Shown here piece after piece: positions 6,239 to 6,337 of a stretch of 6,337 nucleotides of DNA. Source of the stretch: Candidatus Saccharimonadota bacterium (GTDB lineage: Bacteria; Pseudomonadota; Gammaproteobacteria; Enterobacterales; Enterobacteriaceae); the NCBI RefSeq assembly GCF_012571795.1, contig NZ_CP046223.1, forward strand, positions 1 to 6,337, given 5' to 3'. Made by a program: the position numbers and the translations under genes. A model generated the notes under the pieces. That model saw only the letters and a program-made list of their open reading frames with translations. It searched no databases and was not told the DNA's origin. Numbering within the stretch: position 1 is the stretch's first letter; every line of letters begins with the position of its first letter.

Positions 6239-6267
6239 TTGACAAAAAAGAAATAATGGTTTATGAT
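6239..6267 (+). promoter_or_regulatory. Near-consensus sigma70 promoter TTGACA-N17-TATGAT reading rightward out of the origin
   Basis: The -35 TTGACA is at 6239-6244, the spacer is exactly 17 nt and the -10 TATGAT is at 6262-6267. It is oriented toward the window end, and would point at ORF1 at position 1 if the molecule is circular. Confidence 0.55.
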
Positions 6268-6337
6268 CTGTTAAATGCAATGAATCAAAACTATCTTTTA
6301 AACACATTTACAGAAAAACATAAAATTAAGATTGAAT

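Noticed and set aside
6298-6306. DnaA-box-like TTAAACACA, matching 7 of 9 positions of TTATCCACA
   Set aside because: It mismatches at a conserved T and at one further position, occurs as a single copy and is easily produced by chance in AT-rich DNA. The reverse complement of the iteron (CTATCCTGA) is similarly weak. I therefore call no DnaA box.
1-6337. Search for tRNA, rRNA, other structured RNA genes or transposase/IS ends
   Set aside because: No GC-containing stem-rich segment, cloverleaf-compatible region, terminal inverted repeat pair or transposase-like ORF was seen. The intergenic DNA is short and is accounted for by the promoters and the origin.

Overview
This window is extremely A+T-rich (roughly 80% by eye), gene-dense and lacks Shine-Dalgarno sequences. 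It reads as a small iteron-type plasmid, possibly complete and circular, from a genome-reduced insect symbiont derived from Enterobacterales. I support four genes. (1) 1-2898 (+) encodes a 965-aa intimin/invasin-family inverse autotransporter adhesin with a signal peptide, beta-barrel, Ig-like repeats and a C-terminal lectin-like domain with the terminal Cys pair. (2) 3009-4283 (+) encodes a secreted GH28 endo-polygalacturonase that is collinear with Pectobacterium PehA and has all catalytic motifs intact. (3) 4289-4936 (-) encodes a 215-aa PheA derivative that keeps only the prephenate dehydratase catalytic domain, having lost both the chorismate mutase and ACT regulatory domains. (4) 5030-5920 (-) encodes a TrfA-family replication initiator. 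Next to trfA is a composite origin: five perfect tandem 22-bp iterons (6061-6170) directly abut five perfect plus one degenerate 10-bp CATTTATAAT repeats (6171-6230). Two divergent near-consensus sigma70 promoters bracket this origin. The cargo combines pectin digestion, surface adhesion and a deregulated phenylalanine step on a minimal TrfA replicon. The best known precedent I can recall is the pectinolytic leaf-beetle symbionts ('Ca. Stammera', 'Ca. Macropleicola'). That taxonomic guess is recollection and was not verified. All protein calls rest on motifs and remembered alignments, and no database search was possible.
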